From NCBI RefSeq assembly GCF_009914755.1, contig NC_060938.1: DNA of 64,000 nucleotides. One strand, 5' to 3'. Of this stretch, positions 30,870 through 57,201 are shown piece after piece. The translations under genes and the position numbers were made by a program. A model generated the notes under the pieces. It was not told where the DNA came from and made no database searches. It worked only from the letters and a program-made list of their open reading frames with translations. Source of the DNA: the human T2T-CHM13v2.0 reference genome, Homo sapiens. Position 1 is the stretch's first letter; every line of letters begins with the position of its first letter.

Positions 30870-31575
30870 TGAATAAGGTCTGTGGGATGTGCCTAATTTT
30901 ATATTTTTCAGAAAAATATACAACAAACTAGTAGTCCCAACACTGTTTACTAAAAATACAATTTTTGTTCCAGTGATTTGAGAGACCACTTTTATCATAT
31001 ATTAGATTTTTATATGTAGTTGGATCTATTTCTGGATTTTCTGTTCTATTCCATTAATCTATTTATGCTCCAGTATCATACTGTTGTACTTAAAGATGTT
31101 TTGTAATATGTTGTAATATCTGGTGACCACCTCTCTTAAGTGCATTCCTAGTTATTCTTATGTGTTTACTTTTCCATATAGAACTTAGAATCAACTTGTC
31201 TAGCTACATTAAAAAGCTTACTAGCATTTGTATTGAGATCTCATTAGATTTATAAGTTAACTTATGACTAAATAATGTTGAGACATCCTAACCAAGAATA
31301 AGAGACATCTTTTCAATTGTTCAGTTCTTCTGTTCTGTCTTTCACAAGTCTTAAATAGTTTTCTTCATATAGGTTTTGAAAATTCTTTGTTAAGTTTATT
31401 CCTATATGTGTTATCATTTTTGTTGCTATTATAAAAGTTGTCTCTTTCATTATATCTCCTACCTTGTCATTATTTGAATATATGAGAGCTTGATTTTTGC
31501 ACGTTAATTTTATATCTTGATACCTTGCTGGATTTTGTTATTATTTGAATTATTTTTATCATTTCTCTTCTAGGT

Positions 31576-31796
31576 TGGAGTTGACAAACTTTTTATATAA
31601 TAGGCTAGATAGAACATATTTTCAGCTTTGAGTGCTAAGGAGTCTCTGTCACAATTATTCACTCTTTCATTTATGCACAAAAGCAGTCATAGTCAATATG
31701 TAAGTGATTGGGTATGACTGTGTTCCAATATAACTTTACTTATAAAAGCAAGCAGTGGGCCAGATTTGGGCTGCAGGTCATAGCCTGCTGACCCCA
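31576..31796 (+). mobile_element. MER58A-like hAT-Charlie element
   Basis: gttgacaaacttt...ctgtgttccaatataactttacttataaaagcaagcagtgggccagatttgg...gctgacccc. Confidence 0.75.
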
Positions 31797-32659
31797 GTTC
31801 TAGAGTTTTCCAGGTATATGATCGTATCATCTGCAAATATAATTTTTTTAATCCAGCTACTCAACATGGTACAAATCATTTTATTATTTTTTTCCTATTC
31901 TTTTGCCTCTAAGTTTTCCTAGTCTAATTGCTATTTAACAATGTTAAATAGTAGTGGAGACGGTTGGGATCCTTGCCTTGTTTTTGGCCTTAGTGAATGC
32001 TTTCAGTGTTACCCCATCATATAAGATTTTGGATTGAAATATGCATATTGTTATATTAAAGAAATAACCATTCATTCCTATTTTCCAAGAGTTCTTGTTC
32101 AGGATAGGTATCAATTTTTTGTCAAAGTCTTTTTTACTATATATGAAAATAGGCATGTGGTTGTTCTCCATAACCTATTAATGCAGTGAATTATGTTAAT
32201 ACATTTCCTAACAACATTGAATCATCTTTGTATTCCTGTTATAAACTTCCCTTGATTGTGGTATACTATTCTCATAATGTAGTATTGGGACCTAGAAAAA
32301 TATTCTGTGTACCATAAACTATTGGGAGTATTAAAACTGAGATGCAAAGGGAAAGCCCATCTCTTGAAGAGGGTCTGCCATAGGAAATAGACATAAATTT
32401 TAAGAGGCTTCTATGTTGCATTCTTTCTGAAATGCAAGTAAACATTATCTCTATAAAATCAGATGAAATATAAACTAATCAGATGAATAAAAATGGATCT
32501 GGATGAAAGATAACTAAAAATAAAAGCTGCTGGTAAAAAGAAGAAAAATTGTGAAGAGTTTAGGAATCCAAATAATGGAATTAAATTCTGCTTTGGAAGT
32601 GGTAAAGAGTATAACTAAGCAGCTTAAAAGAAGTATAAATCACAACGTGAGCCATGAGC

Positions 32660-32905
32660 CCTTCTCACAGTGCATCTCTCTGACCCTTCTTCTATGGTCA
32701 TCTCTCTCTCTGACTACATGTAAAAAAAGTTCTCTACTTTTAAGGACTCATCTCATTAGAGCAAATCCATTAAAAAAATCTCCCCATCTCAAGGTCATAA
32801 CCTTAACCACATCTGCAAAGCCCCTTTTGCCATATAAAATAACATATTCACAGGTCCCAGGGATTAGGGCATGGTTATCTTTAGAAGGCCATTATTCCTC
32901 CTATT
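32660..32905 (-). mobile_element. MLT1 LTR fragment
   Basis: ccttaaccacatctgcaaagccccttttgccatataaaataacatattcacaggtcccagggattagg. Confidence 0.75.
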
Positions 32906-33209
32906 AGTGAGTCAAAGATCTAAGTTTGTAAATAAAATGAAATATCTCTGTTACAGGTAAAATTAGTAAAAAGAAACCAAGACCTAGATATTTTGAGGAA
33001 ACTTTTTAGTATCAAATGTAAACTTTAAAACAAATTTAGTAACCAGATTGGATTATGTTTATTATACCAAAAACTCCCAGCATACATGGTTATGACCATT
33101 CTAGCATCTCATGGACTCTGACTCAAACCCAAGCAGAGATGGCTTAATCACATCTATTTAATAAGGCTTAGAGGTGGCAATCAGGTTGCAAGAAGGAAAG
33201 GGGTGGGGG

Positions 33210-33247
<38 letters not shown>

Positions 33248-33248
33248 A
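33210..33248. repeat. (GA)n microsatellite
   Basis: Directly visible. Confidence 0.9.
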
Positions 33249-33319
33249 AGTTACTGGGCTTAGAGGATTTATCTTTATGATGTGTTGATATAGCAATCAA
33301 AGGTTCCCATTTCATCAAT

Positions 33320-34110
<791 letters not shown>

Positions 34111-35012
34111 AACGAAGAGCAAGCATACTAATTGTACTTAAATCGTGTAATACTTGGGGTGGCTTATAGGAATTGAGAAGATTTGGGGGTGGCAAAGTAA
34201 GGTCCCCAAAATACCTCTTGATTTTTTTTTATTACAACAAGACATTTATAGGAGATTGACTCCAAAGGATAAGGATGGGGAGTGGGAGAGAGAGAGAGAG
34301 GGACCGAGGGAAAGAATGAGTGATGTGAGGAGGGGAGAGAAGAGAAGGGGAAGAAGGATGAGACTTAACTGACAACAGAAATATGAATGATGACTGATGG
34401 AAACAAGTGTACTCTAAGGGGCCCTTATGGCTTAGTATTTATGCCCTAATAAACAACCATTTGAACGAGTATTATACTCCTCAGTACCTAACCCTTTATA
34501 AAAAAGTTCTCTAAATTGTTATGCCCTAAAGGGATTTTAAACACCCTGCCAGCCCTCCCCGCAGTGTCCTTCCCCTTGGAAGAAGAAAAGAAGTTGGAGC
34601 CCACCAGGAAGTGCCAAACCCTTTTGACTTTGTCCTCTGTTACACAAACACACAAGAGCTCAGAAAGCACACACGTTTTTAGAGGGAGAATTCTTTCCCT
34701 TCTCCCAGTTCCCATGAGGACTGAGTTTTCTTCTGGCCTCTCCCTACCCATTTACTCACTCTACCCTAGGGATTGGTAAATTTCAGAATAACAACAGGTT
34801 ACGCTAATCTCATTCTGACCTTTTTCTCTTGAGAACAAGATGCTCAGAAGGGCTCCGCCGCATGGAGAGGCCTGCTGTGAGCCCATGACCCCTTGCAGTG
34901 GGGGGGCTGCTTTTTTCTAGGGCACAGTTAGCAGGCTTAGTTGTTCTCATTTTAAGCTACATCCTCCAACCAGGCTTCTATCAAATAAAAGTACAATTTT
35001 AAAAAAATCTTC

Positions 35013-36323
35013 TGTGTTAGCGTGCTGTCTGCCATAACAAAATACCACACACGAGGGCTAATATCCAGAATCTACAATGAATTCAAACAAATTTACAAGA
35101 AAAAAACAAACAACCCCATCAAAAAGTGGGCAAAGGATATGAACAGACACTTCTCAAAAGAAGACATTTATGTAGCCAACAGACACATGAAAAACGCTCA
35201 CCATCACTGGCCATCAGAGAAATGCAAATCAAAACCACAGTGAGATACCATCTCACACTAGTTAGAATGGTGATCATTAAAAAGTCAGGAAACAACAGGT
35301 GCTGGAGAGGATGTGGAGAAATAGGAACACTTTTACACTGTTGGTGGAACTGTAAACTAGTTCAACCATTGTGGAAGTCAGTGTGGCGATTCCTCAGGGA
35401 TCTAGAACTAGAAATACCATTTGACCCAGCCATCCCATTACTGGGTATATACCCAAAGGATTATAAATCATGCTGCTATAAAGACACATGCACACGTATG
35501 TTTATTGTGGCACTATTCACAATAGCAAAGTCTTGGAACCAACCCAAATGTCCAACAATGATAGACTGGATTAAGAAAATGTGGCACATATACAGCACGG
35601 AATACTATGCAGCCATAAAAAATGATGAGTTCATGTCCTTTGTAGGGACATGGATGAAACTGGAAACCATCATTCTCAGCAAACTATCACAAGGACAAAA
35701 AAACCAAACACCGCATGTTCTCACTCATAGGTAGGAATTGAACAATGAGAACACTTGGACACAGGAAGGGGAACATCACACACTGGGAACTGTTGTGGGG
35801 TGGGGGGAGGGGGGAGGGATAGCATTAGGAGATATATCTAATGCTAAATGATGAGTTAATGGGTGCAGCACACCAACATGGCACATGTATACATATGTAA
35901 CAAACCTGCACGTTATGCACATGTACCCTAAAACTTAAAGTATAATAATATTTAAAAAAAAAATACCACACACTAGGCAGCTTAAACAACAGAAATTTAC
36001 TTCCTCACAGTTCTGGAGGTTAGCAGTTTAAGGTCAAGGTATCAGGGTGGTTTCTAGTGAGGACTGTCTTCCTCACTTGCAGGCTGCCACCTTCTTGCTG
36101 CCTTCACCTGGCCTTTTCTCTTTGCGTGCAGAGAGAGAGAGAGTGCACTCCAGTGTCTCTTCCTCTTCTTATTAGGACGCCCATCCTGTTGGATTAGGCT
36201 CCACCCTTTTGACTTCATTTAACCTTAATTATCTCCCAAAAGACCCTCCCTTCAAATATAGTCATATTGGGTCTTAGGGCTTCAATACATGAATTTTGGG
36301 AGGAAAAAATTAGGTCCATAACA
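35013..36323 (-). mobile_element. MLT1A/B-like LTR split by an L1PA insertion
   Basis: ctgccataacaaaataccacacac|L1|taggcagcttaaacaacagaaattt...ggtccataaca. Confidence 0.8.
35053..35959 (+). mobile_element. 5'-truncated L1PA (L1PA3/4-like), ~0.9 kb
   Basis: ORF2 C-terminal CCHC region ([17 protein letters not shown]), 3'UTR and A tail; perfect TSD aaaataccacacac at 35039-35052 and 35960-35973. Confidence 0.93.
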
Positions 36324-36451
36324 TCTCCCATCTGTCTTTCTTCAATTTGTTCAAAACCCAGAAGAGAAAGAGAGAAAAAGAGGTGTTACTTATTGGGGAT
36401 CCCCTTAGAGATCCTAGAATCCTGCATATGCCCTTTCCTCCTAAGTTTCTT

Positions 36452-36762
<311 letters not shown>

Positions 36763-36949
36763 TAAGTTTCTTAAACATATACTCTGTATATTCTGGACAA
36801 CCAAAACATTAATAAAATTTAAGAATTCTGAAATGGATAAATATAGGTACTTTCACAGAATAAAAAACTCTCAAGGAATAAATCTTGAAGTAAATGCAAG
36901 ACAATTTCCCAATTTTTTATAGGGCATAGTTGGGAGATATGTTGTCATT

Positions 36950-37254
36950 TTTTTAATTTTTTTTTTTTTTTTTCGACAGGTTGTTGCTCTGTCATCAAGG
37001 CTGGAGTGCAGTGGCAGGATCATGGTTCACTGCAGCCTCAACCGTTTAGGCTTAAGCCGTCTTCCTGCCTCAGCATCCTTTGTAGCTGGGACCACAGGTG
37101 TATGTCACCATGACCAGCTACTTTTTGCATTTTTTGTAGAGATAGAGTTTTGCCATGTTACCCTGGCTGATCTTGAACTCCCGAGCTCAAGCGATCCACC
37201 TGCCTCAGCCTCCCAAAGTTCTGGGATTACAGGCATGAGCCACCACACCTGGCT
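36950..37254 (-). mobile_element. AluJ-like
   Basis: gatcatggttcactgcagcctcaacc, ctcaagcgatccacc; more diverged than neighbouring Alus. Confidence 0.85.
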
Positions 37255-37339
37255 TCATTTTCATTTTGAAATCAGAAAAATTGAGTTTCAAATATTTTTA
37301 TTTGAAGTTTTTATATTATAGAGTAAAAAATTATACATA

Positions 37340-38438
37340 GGAGGTTTTAAATCTCATATGTATACTCACAACTCAGATATTTACGTATCCAGTCCAGACC
37401 TCTGGATTTATATGTCCAACTTCCTACTCAATTTCTGAAGTAGAAAGTCTAGTGAATATCTCAAACCCAACACATTCAAAATCGAACTGATCTGTCTTAA
37501 ACTTGCTCCTACTCTAGTCTGCTAGATTTTAAATGATAGCAACTCCATCTTTCTACTTCCTTTGGTCTAAAACCTTGAGGTCATCACTAACTCCGTCTGT
37601 CTTCACACAGCCCAGACACATTCCCATAGCAAATTCTTGTGGCTCTACCTACAATCCAGAATTTGATCTGTCCTCACAATCTCCACTGTTACTTCCCTCA
37701 TTAAAGTATCATCATCTCTTTTTTGGGTTATTGCAGTGGCCTCCTTACCGGCCTCTCTGCTTCAGCCTTGCCCTCCCGTCTCCTGTCAATGGTCTATTCT
37801 CAACACAACAGCCAAAGTGAGGCTTTCAAAATGTATACAAAACCACATTACTCTGAACTCTCCAGTGGCTCCTTATCTCACACAGAAGCAAATGCCACAG
37901 TTCTCACAATGGCCTCCTCCACCCTAAATGATCTGAACACCAGCGCAGCACCATCAGCCCTCTGACCTTGTCCCCACCACTTCCCCTCTTCCTCCCTTTT
38001 CTTCAGCCGCACTGGCTTCCTCTTCTTCCTAGAACATACCAAGCACCAACCCACATCAGAGGCTTGGCATTTCTGTTTCCTTTGCCTGAAACATACTTCT
38101 CTTAAATATCACATCACTTTCTCTGTCATCTCCTCCAGGTCTTTGCTCTACTGTGACCTCAGTAATAACTTCCCCATGACCCAATTTATAATTACAATTC
38201 ATGTCCCCATCCCAGAACCCATCCCTATTTTCTGCTCTGTTTTGCTGTGTAACACTTATCATCATATATTTTGCATAAAATTTGTTTATTACATCTCCTG
38301 ATCCTATCCCACACACTAGAATATAAGCTCCATGAATTCAGAAATGTTTGTCTGTTTCATTTACTGAGTATTCCCAGTTAGAATAAGGTCTGACATACTG
38401 GGGTATCTCAATATATGTTTATTAAATTGAATGAATGA
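37340..38438 (+). mobile_element. L2 3' fragment
   Basis: atatgtccaacttcctactc...actagaatataagctccatg...ttgaatgaatga. Confidence 0.75.
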
Positions 38439-38588
38439 CTTCAGTATGTCATTCTCTTTCTTTGATAGGCCAAAGATGAAAAAAATAGAGAAGATATGAA
38501 TAAAACAATTGATGAGATGGATTTAATAGATCTAATTTAAACAAAGATATATTTGAAAAGATAAACCCCTATTTTCAAATGTTTATGG

Positions 38589-38780
38589 CAGGGTTTCTCA
38601 ACAACAGCTATTATATTTTATGTCAAATAGTTCTTTGTTGTGGGGGTTTCATATTACAGTGTACATTGTAAGATGTTTAGCAGCATCACTGGCCTCTACC
38701 AATTAGATGCTAGTGCAATCAATACTCTCCCACTCTCAAGTCATGACAACCAAAAATGTCTCCAGACATTGCCTAGTGGA
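38589..38780 (-). mobile_element. MER20 hAT-Charlie element
   Basis: cagggtttctcaac...gatgtttagcagcatcactggcctctacc...acaaccaaaaatgtctccagacattgcc. Confidence 0.8.
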
Positions 38781-38950
38781 GAGTAGCCACCTATGGTAAT
38801 ACCTAAAGTTGAGCCACATATACACACCAAAAATATATAATTTAATAAGAAAAGTTTAAACAAAAAATATCACAATCAATTGGAAAAAAATTCTCCAAAA
38901 ATATTGAGTCAAAAATTAACCAAAACAACATCGAAGATCTGTTTTTTATA

Positions 38951-39135
38951 AGGCTGCCAGATAAAATATAGGAACCCAGTTAAATTCAAATTTCAGACAA
39001 ATATTGAGTAATTTTTTAGTCTAAGTATGTCTCATGCAACTTTTGGGACATACTTACACCAGACATTTATCTGTTGTTTTTCTGAAATTCTAATTTAACT
39101 GGAGAACTGCCAGAATTGCTAAATCTGGCAATTCC
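38951..39135. mobile_element. MER53-like palindromic hAT element
   Basis: gctgccagataaaatataggaacccagttaaattcaaatttcag...ctgaaattctaatttaactgg...gctaaatctggcaa. Confidence 0.75.
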
Positions 39136-39546
39136 GGTTTATAAAATAATAAGTATAAGATTGCTACATATAAAATTATAGCCACTACCTATAGAACACA
39201 GCCAAAACCATACTAAGACAAAGGTATGTTTGTCAATGCCTTCATTTCTTAAAAAGAGAAATGACTAAAAATGAACTAAAGTTTAACTGAAAAATTTAGA
39301 AAATGATAAAATAAAATGAAAGAAAACAAATATAAATAATCTAAAGGACTCTCCCACAGTTAAATTAATTTGCAGAAGAAACCCTTGCCGACTCTACTAA
39401 TAGCCTTGCTGATGGGACTGTAATATTTCAAGTTCTTTGATCCTTGGACAGTGATGGATACATTCTAATAAAGCTTAGCATTTACTCACCACTCTAGATG
39501 CTCCATCAATGTCTTCTGTTGATGTCTTTTTCCTTTAGATATATAA

Positions 39547-44675
<5,129 letters not shown>

Positions 44676-44686
44676 AACTTGGGTGA

Positions 44687-45342
44687 AGCATCCCAGATCG
44701 ACTTCAGACTGCTGTGCTGACAATGAGAATTTTTTTTATTATTTTTTATTTTTATTATACTTTAAGTTCTACAGTATTTCAAGCCAAAGGATCTTAGCTT
44801 GCTGGGCTCCATGAGGGTGGGATCTGCTGAGCTAGACCACTTGGCTCCTTGGCTTCAGCCCCCTTTCCCAGGGAGTGAACAGTTCTGTCTCACTGGCATT
44901 CCAGGCACCACTGGCGAATGAAAAAAAAAAACTCCTGCAACTAGCTCGGTGTCTGCCTAAACGGCAGCCCAGTTTTGTGCTTGAAACCCGGGGCCCTGGT
45001 GGTGTAGGCACCTGAGGGAATCTCCTGGTCTGCAGGTTGTGAAGACCGTGGGAAAAATGTAGTATCTAGGCCAGAATGCACCATTCTTCACAGCACAATC
45101 CTTCACGGCTTCCCCTGGCTAGGGGAGGGAGTTCCCTGACCCCTTGCACTTCCTGGGTGAGGCTACCTCCCCACCTTGCTTTGGGTCACCTTCCATAGGC
45201 TGCACCCACTGTCTAACCAGTCCCAATGAGATGAGGCAGGTACCTCAGTTGGAAATGCAGAAATCACCCACCTTCTGCATTGATCTTGCTGGGAGCTGCA
45301 GACTGGAGCTGTTCCTATTCGGCCATCATACCAGCAACTCCT
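44687..45342 (-). mobile_element. Separate, older L1 5'UTR (L1PA7-like)
   Basis: Reverse complement begins gctggtatgatggccgaataggaacagctccagtctgcagctcccagcaagatcaatgcag; contains a block (aagccaaaggatcttagc...gtgcttgaaacccggggccc) absent from the two younger 5'UTRs in this window. Confidence 0.8.
44733..44775 (-). mobile_element. Micro L1 insertion: extreme 3' end plus A-rich tail
   Basis: Reverse complement tagaacttaaagtataata+A-rich equals the L1 terminus seen at 54531-54549. Confidence 0.75.
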
Positions 45343-48078
45343 AGACATTTCTTTATGTCCTTGAAACATTTTCAGGGAGATGGCAATGCCTGTCTGAAGC
45401 ATTAGTGCTACAGATGTGGGCTTGGAATGAACCTGGGAGTGTCTGGACTCCCGGAAGGATTGAAGTCTATCAACTATCTTTGAGAACCAGAGTGAAAACA
45501 AAGAAGCAAGGTCTATTGTGTATAATCTGCTATCACTGTGTTGTCATTTCCTGAGCCACGTTCTTATCAGCAGTGGCTCTGTTGCCAAATTTCAATTCAA
45601 AAGAGCGTTACAAGGTGAAAAAAAAATCCAAATTTTTAGTAGTATTTCCTAGGTAGTAAACACAGGATTTCCTGCATCCGAAATGACTTCAACAAATTGC
45701 CTGTTCCTTCAAACGTGATCTGTTGACAAATTTGGACTCTGTTCCTTTAGGTACAGATAAGCTTACTGATGGAAAACTCCTCCAGCTGAGCAAGGGATTT
45801 TTGCCAGCTATCCTGCTCTAACAGGCCTGGGAGCCACAGGAATGAGTTTTCATTTCAAATGGATTTCTATTTGGCGTTAATATTTTGTGTGTTTACATCT
45901 TGTCTCCCCATGTAGAATATACAATCCATAAGTGTTGGAATCACTCTTCTCTTCTGAGAGCTCAGGCAGGCAGCATGGTGATGAATAAAAAGGAAGGTAG
46001 GTGGTAAATAAATGCTTTTGGTTCATTGGTTTAAGAAATAATAAGATGGAAGACTTCTGAAGGATTGACTCAATTTCTGAATACTGGCATTTGTTTCTGG
46101 TAGGGAAAGACAGACTTTCCAACTCACAATCTCCACAGGAAGGATGCTCTGTTGACAAAGGGGCAGGAATCTCCCCCTCTCAGATATAATTCTGGTAACA
46201 CCAGGATAATTTGTAAATCTGCATTAGAAACAGCTCTTTTCCCTATTTCCCATTCTTAATAAAGTGCTTGTGATGAACTGAGTGAAATTCTCTCCCCAGA
46301 CTTCAGTCACTCTTTGTTTTAAAATCCTCCGTTAGTGCGTTGCTTGTGGAAGCATGTGGTTTCACAATTCCCAGTACACATTTTTGCCCTGAAACTCATT
46401 TTTACTTTAGTCATCACAATGATGTACCAGGGAGTCATAGCAACCACTCCAGTTTGCCAAAGGACAGAGAATAGACAGGATATAATCAAAATTCTACAGA
46501 AATATACTATTCATGCCATTATATGGAAGTCACCAAGGAGGAAACCTTTCCAGAAAAAGCTAGGGTAAATCTTCAGAGTGAGCCTTGTAATGCATCTTCT
46601 ATAATGGTTCTCCAGTTGCTGTCGAATACAGCAATGTCCAGGTATGTAATGTGTCCAGTTACATACCTGGACACATCCATGTGAGACACTTTTGGGCTCA
46701 CAGAGCACAAATCTGTAGCTTCATTGAATTTTCACTGTTCATTTTGTTAGTCTCCTGGGCTTGGTTGTTGAGAACCCAAGAATATATATCTGTTCCCATG
46801 CCTCCAAGCTTCAGTGAATTAATGAAAATGAGCTCATTAAAATATGACCATATAAATTTCCATGATTAACATTTGAGAGGGAATTCCTTTACAGAAAAAT
46901 AGTACTAACTGCCACTTATTAAGGCCAGGCACTGAAACAAGCATTTCCCACAGAACAACCCAATAAAACCCCCAACGAAGTATTTTTGGTCATATTTTAC
47001 AGATGAGGAAACAGAAGCTCAGGAAAATTAAGATATTTAATCGAGGTCATACATAATTTAATTGTGATCTAACTGGAACTCTGGGCTCTTAACAAATACT
47101 GAATAAAAAAGAACCACAAAAGAAACTGCCATTATCTCCTTAATTTTTTTTGTCTTCTATGTTAATGCTGCTATTTTACAAGTTTAAATCTTGAAATGAG
47201 AACAGAGCCTGCAGCTAGTTCTCTGGAGCCAAGGCATCACTTTGGTTCTCAAATGGGAATTCTTTAATGATTGAACAGTAGAAGTATGGAACAGCCATAG
47301 AATCCTGGGCTTGGAGGGGACCTCAAAGGCACTATACTGGACACTTGATTTTTTATTCTCCTAACATCCCTCTTTTCTGCTAACCATCCCCTGCCTGATC
47401 AGATGAGCAATCAAAATGTCCCACACCCCCAGACCAAGGGATAGACATGTGACCCAAGCAAGGCAATCAGCACTGAGGAACACCAAGTCTGGTCCTGATG
47501 ACAACTCCTGAAGAGACTGCCCTTTTAGTTCCTGTGTCTCCAAACCCAGGAGCTTCCCTGATTCTGGTTTCCTTTCTGAAGCTTAATTCTTCAGCTTTCC
47601 TAGCAATTTTGAAAACTGGCCAAAGTCAGATTCTGTTGTTTGCAAGTGAAGGTCCTAACTGATGCAAATGACTAATCTGGGGTCTTCATAGGGCTGATGA
47701 GCCAGATAAGCAAGACACTGGGTCCCCATTTCTGCTTAAGCAAAAGCGATCTGTGTGAACCAAGGGTTTTGTTATTAAAGAAAAACTTGAAATGTCACTA
47801 ATCTAGTCCAAGCACCCTCAGTCTCCGGTAGCTCAATTATGATCATCCAGCCCAGCCCTTAGATCCTTTAATTTTGTTTTTTATACTAATTTATTTTGAA
47901 AATTAACTAAAATGCCAAGAATGAGAAAATGACACCTAAGGAATCCCTTTAATTGTCCAAAAATTTGTACCCAGTCAAGAGACAGACTGGGAAATAATTG
48001 CCATCTGAACTCACCTATTGACAACTTTTTCAAACCTACTTCCAAATCACATCTGAACTTTCCTTTAAATAACTTATT

Positions 48079-48370
<292 letters not shown>

Positions 48371-48402
48371 TAGATAACTTATTATTGTCAATATGGCCGG
48401 AA

Positions 48403-54562
<6,160 letters not shown>

Positions 54563-55674
54563 AACTTATTGTCACCAAGTTGTAAATGTACAATGGCACA
54601 TTTGCTTGTGTACATATTTAATGTTAGCAAATTTTATTATTTTCTATTCCATGCCTGTCAAAAGAGGTTTGTTCAATAATTTATTCTTTAGGTTTTTTGA
54701 ATTTGAAGTTTATAAAATTTAAAGAGACCATTCCAAATTCAAAACTAAATCTAAAGAAGCTCACCAAAACAGATAAATCCCCTATTTCTCATACCATCCC
54801 TCTTTCGAAAGGCAAGAATCCAAATGTCTTTATGAAAAGAAGTAGAGGCTCAAATCTGATATGTGAACTTTTGGGCTTGAGATGCAATGTAATCCACTAT
54901 TTAACAGCAGACACCTGTCCTCTCTTCTCAAAACCAGGTTTCTCTTTCTACTTTATTTTAATACATGAGCTAATGTCATCTGAAAATTGAAGGATTTCCA
55001 AATAGAGTCAGTTACATTAGGGATGGAGTGGTTGCCCATGTTCCAGCTGGGAGTCTTACAGCTCGGTGGCCATAGCAGATTGGAATACACATGTGACAAC
55101 CTAGATGACTTCCTAATATCTTAATTTTTTGAATTTGACCAGTTACGTGTCTGTTGAACATGTATCACTATTATAAATGAGGCTCTGATGAATATTCTGA
55201 ATGTAAATCTTCAATAGAATCTTTCCTTTAATAGAGTTTTTCCCTTGTGGCTCATTTCTAGAAATAGAATTCATAGTTTCTCACCATAGATTACCAAAAT
55301 GCCTTCTGGAAAGGATCCTCCCAGTTTACACTCCCAGCAGTTGGGTGTGAGAGTTCCCTTCTACTAACCACACCATCATCAATGTTGAGTAATATCAGGA
55401 TTAAACAACTTTTAGGCACTTCTTTTTTTAAATGAGGGATCATCCAAGGTGTGACTTCGAAGAACCAAGGGAGGAGAGAGAAGATGGAGCTGTGGGCAGA
55501 TCTCTGGAGTGCATCAGGAGCTGAGTTGGTGGCACCCTTCTACCAGGCACTGGCCTCCTGGCTGTCTGAGTCTCTCAGAGTCTTAGCAAGCCACATCCAT
55601 GGCAAATCTGGTGGATCAGGCAAAACTACTCACCTGGTGGTGCCCCTCCTACACTTCCAGGCAGTTACTAAATC

Positions 55675-55860
55675 AGTGGCTCACACATGTTAGTATGCCT
55701 AAGAATGACCTGAGACAAGAATAGAAATTAAGATTCCTAGGTCCACCTAGAGATTCTGACTCAGTCAGCACAAGGTAGGGCAGCACAGAAATTTGCATTT
55801 TGATTAATAACCGCATATGAGTCCAACATAGGTGGCCTAGTACCTCACTTAGAGAAATAG
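55675..55860. mobile_element. MER5A-like hAT element
   Basis: agattcctaggtccacctagagattctgactcagt...aatttgcatttt...cacttagagaaa. Confidence 0.6.
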
Positions 55861-56152
55861 TAAACTAAGGGAGGGGAAGAACACCTCCGGAGTGTCAACC
55901 TTATAAACCTAAACTTATTTTATTTCAGGAAATGACTCCAGTTGCTCTTTCCATGAGGAATCTACTCTGAATAGTTTCAGAATAGTATGACGATTCTTTT
56001 TTTCCATTTGGAAATGAACATCTGCACTTGGAGGCAGAACTCCTTGAATGATGTGCTGCTGCCATCAGCCTAGCTTTCAGTCTAGTGCTCGGGATGGATT
56101 CCTTTAGCTGAGCGTGACTCTAGTTTGTAAGGATGGTGCAGAGACAATAGCG

Positions 56153-56156
<4 letters not shown>

Positions 56157-56230
<74 letters not shown>
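56157..56230. repeat. (CT)37 pure microsatellite
   Basis: Directly counted, uninterrupted. Confidence 0.95.
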
Positions 56231-56238
<8 letters not shown>

Positions 56239-56621
56239 AGGCTTATGGTTTGGTACTGTGTGCTGCTGAACAGACAGCAGTGATAGCAAATGCTGGCACA
56301 GAATGTTCCAAGGCATATTCATTTGTCGTACAAAAGCAGCCCACACAGACTGCAGCTTGTCAAGTCAGAGACCATGTACCTACCTTTTGACATCCTGGCA
56401 AAGGTCCCCCAGGCTAGGTCTCTCCATCAAATGCAGCACTGAGAAGAGCTGGAGTCTGCATTAACATCAGCCTCCGCATTTGCCAGTTCCAATTACATCG
56501 AATCGTGTGCTTACAGGGGCCCTGTCAACATTGCTTAGATTTGAAGATCAAGTCCAAGGAAGGTACGAGTATGCAGTTGATCCACAAGGCAGGCCTTAAC
56601 TTCAGGCAAAGTAGTTACCCA

Positions 56622-57029
56622 GTGTTACTGGCTGAATTGAAGCTCCCCTCCAAAATTTGTGTTAAAGTCCTCACCTTCAGTACCCCAGAATGTGACTGTG
56701 TTTTTGTGGAAACCGGTCCTTTAAAGAGATACTTAAGATTAAATGAGATGACTGGGGTGAGTCCTAATCCAGTATGATTGGCATCCTAATAAGGAGAGGA
56801 GATTAGGACACAGACACACACAGACCAAGGTATGACCATGTGAATACAGGAACAGAGAGAAGACATCCATGTACAAACCTAGGAGAGTGGCCTCAGAATG
56901 AAACCAGCCCTGCCAGCAGACAGGTCTTGAATTTGTATGCAGCCTCCAGAATTGTGAGAAAATGAATTTCTGCTGTTTAAGCCACCCAGTCTAAGGTACT
57001 TAGTTATTACAATCCTAGCAAACTAATAT
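56622..57029 (+). mobile_element. MLT1B-like LTR
   Basis: agtaccccagaatgtgactg...cctaatccagtatgattgg...cagcctccagaattgtgagaaaatgaatttctgctgtttaagccacccagt. Confidence 0.8.
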
Positions 57030-57143
57030 ATCCACTATAGTATGATTTGAACCAATCTCTCTTCTCTGGGTGCCTAGAATTACTCCCATTAAAGAGAGTC
57101 GGTCTTTTGTCTCTGGCTATTCAATTTAATAGTATTTTACTTA

Positions 57144-57183
<40 letters not shown>

Positions 57184-57201
57184 CCACACACACAAACACA
57201 C
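57144..57201. repeat. (CT)n(CA)n microsatellite
   Basis: Directly visible. Confidence 0.9.
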
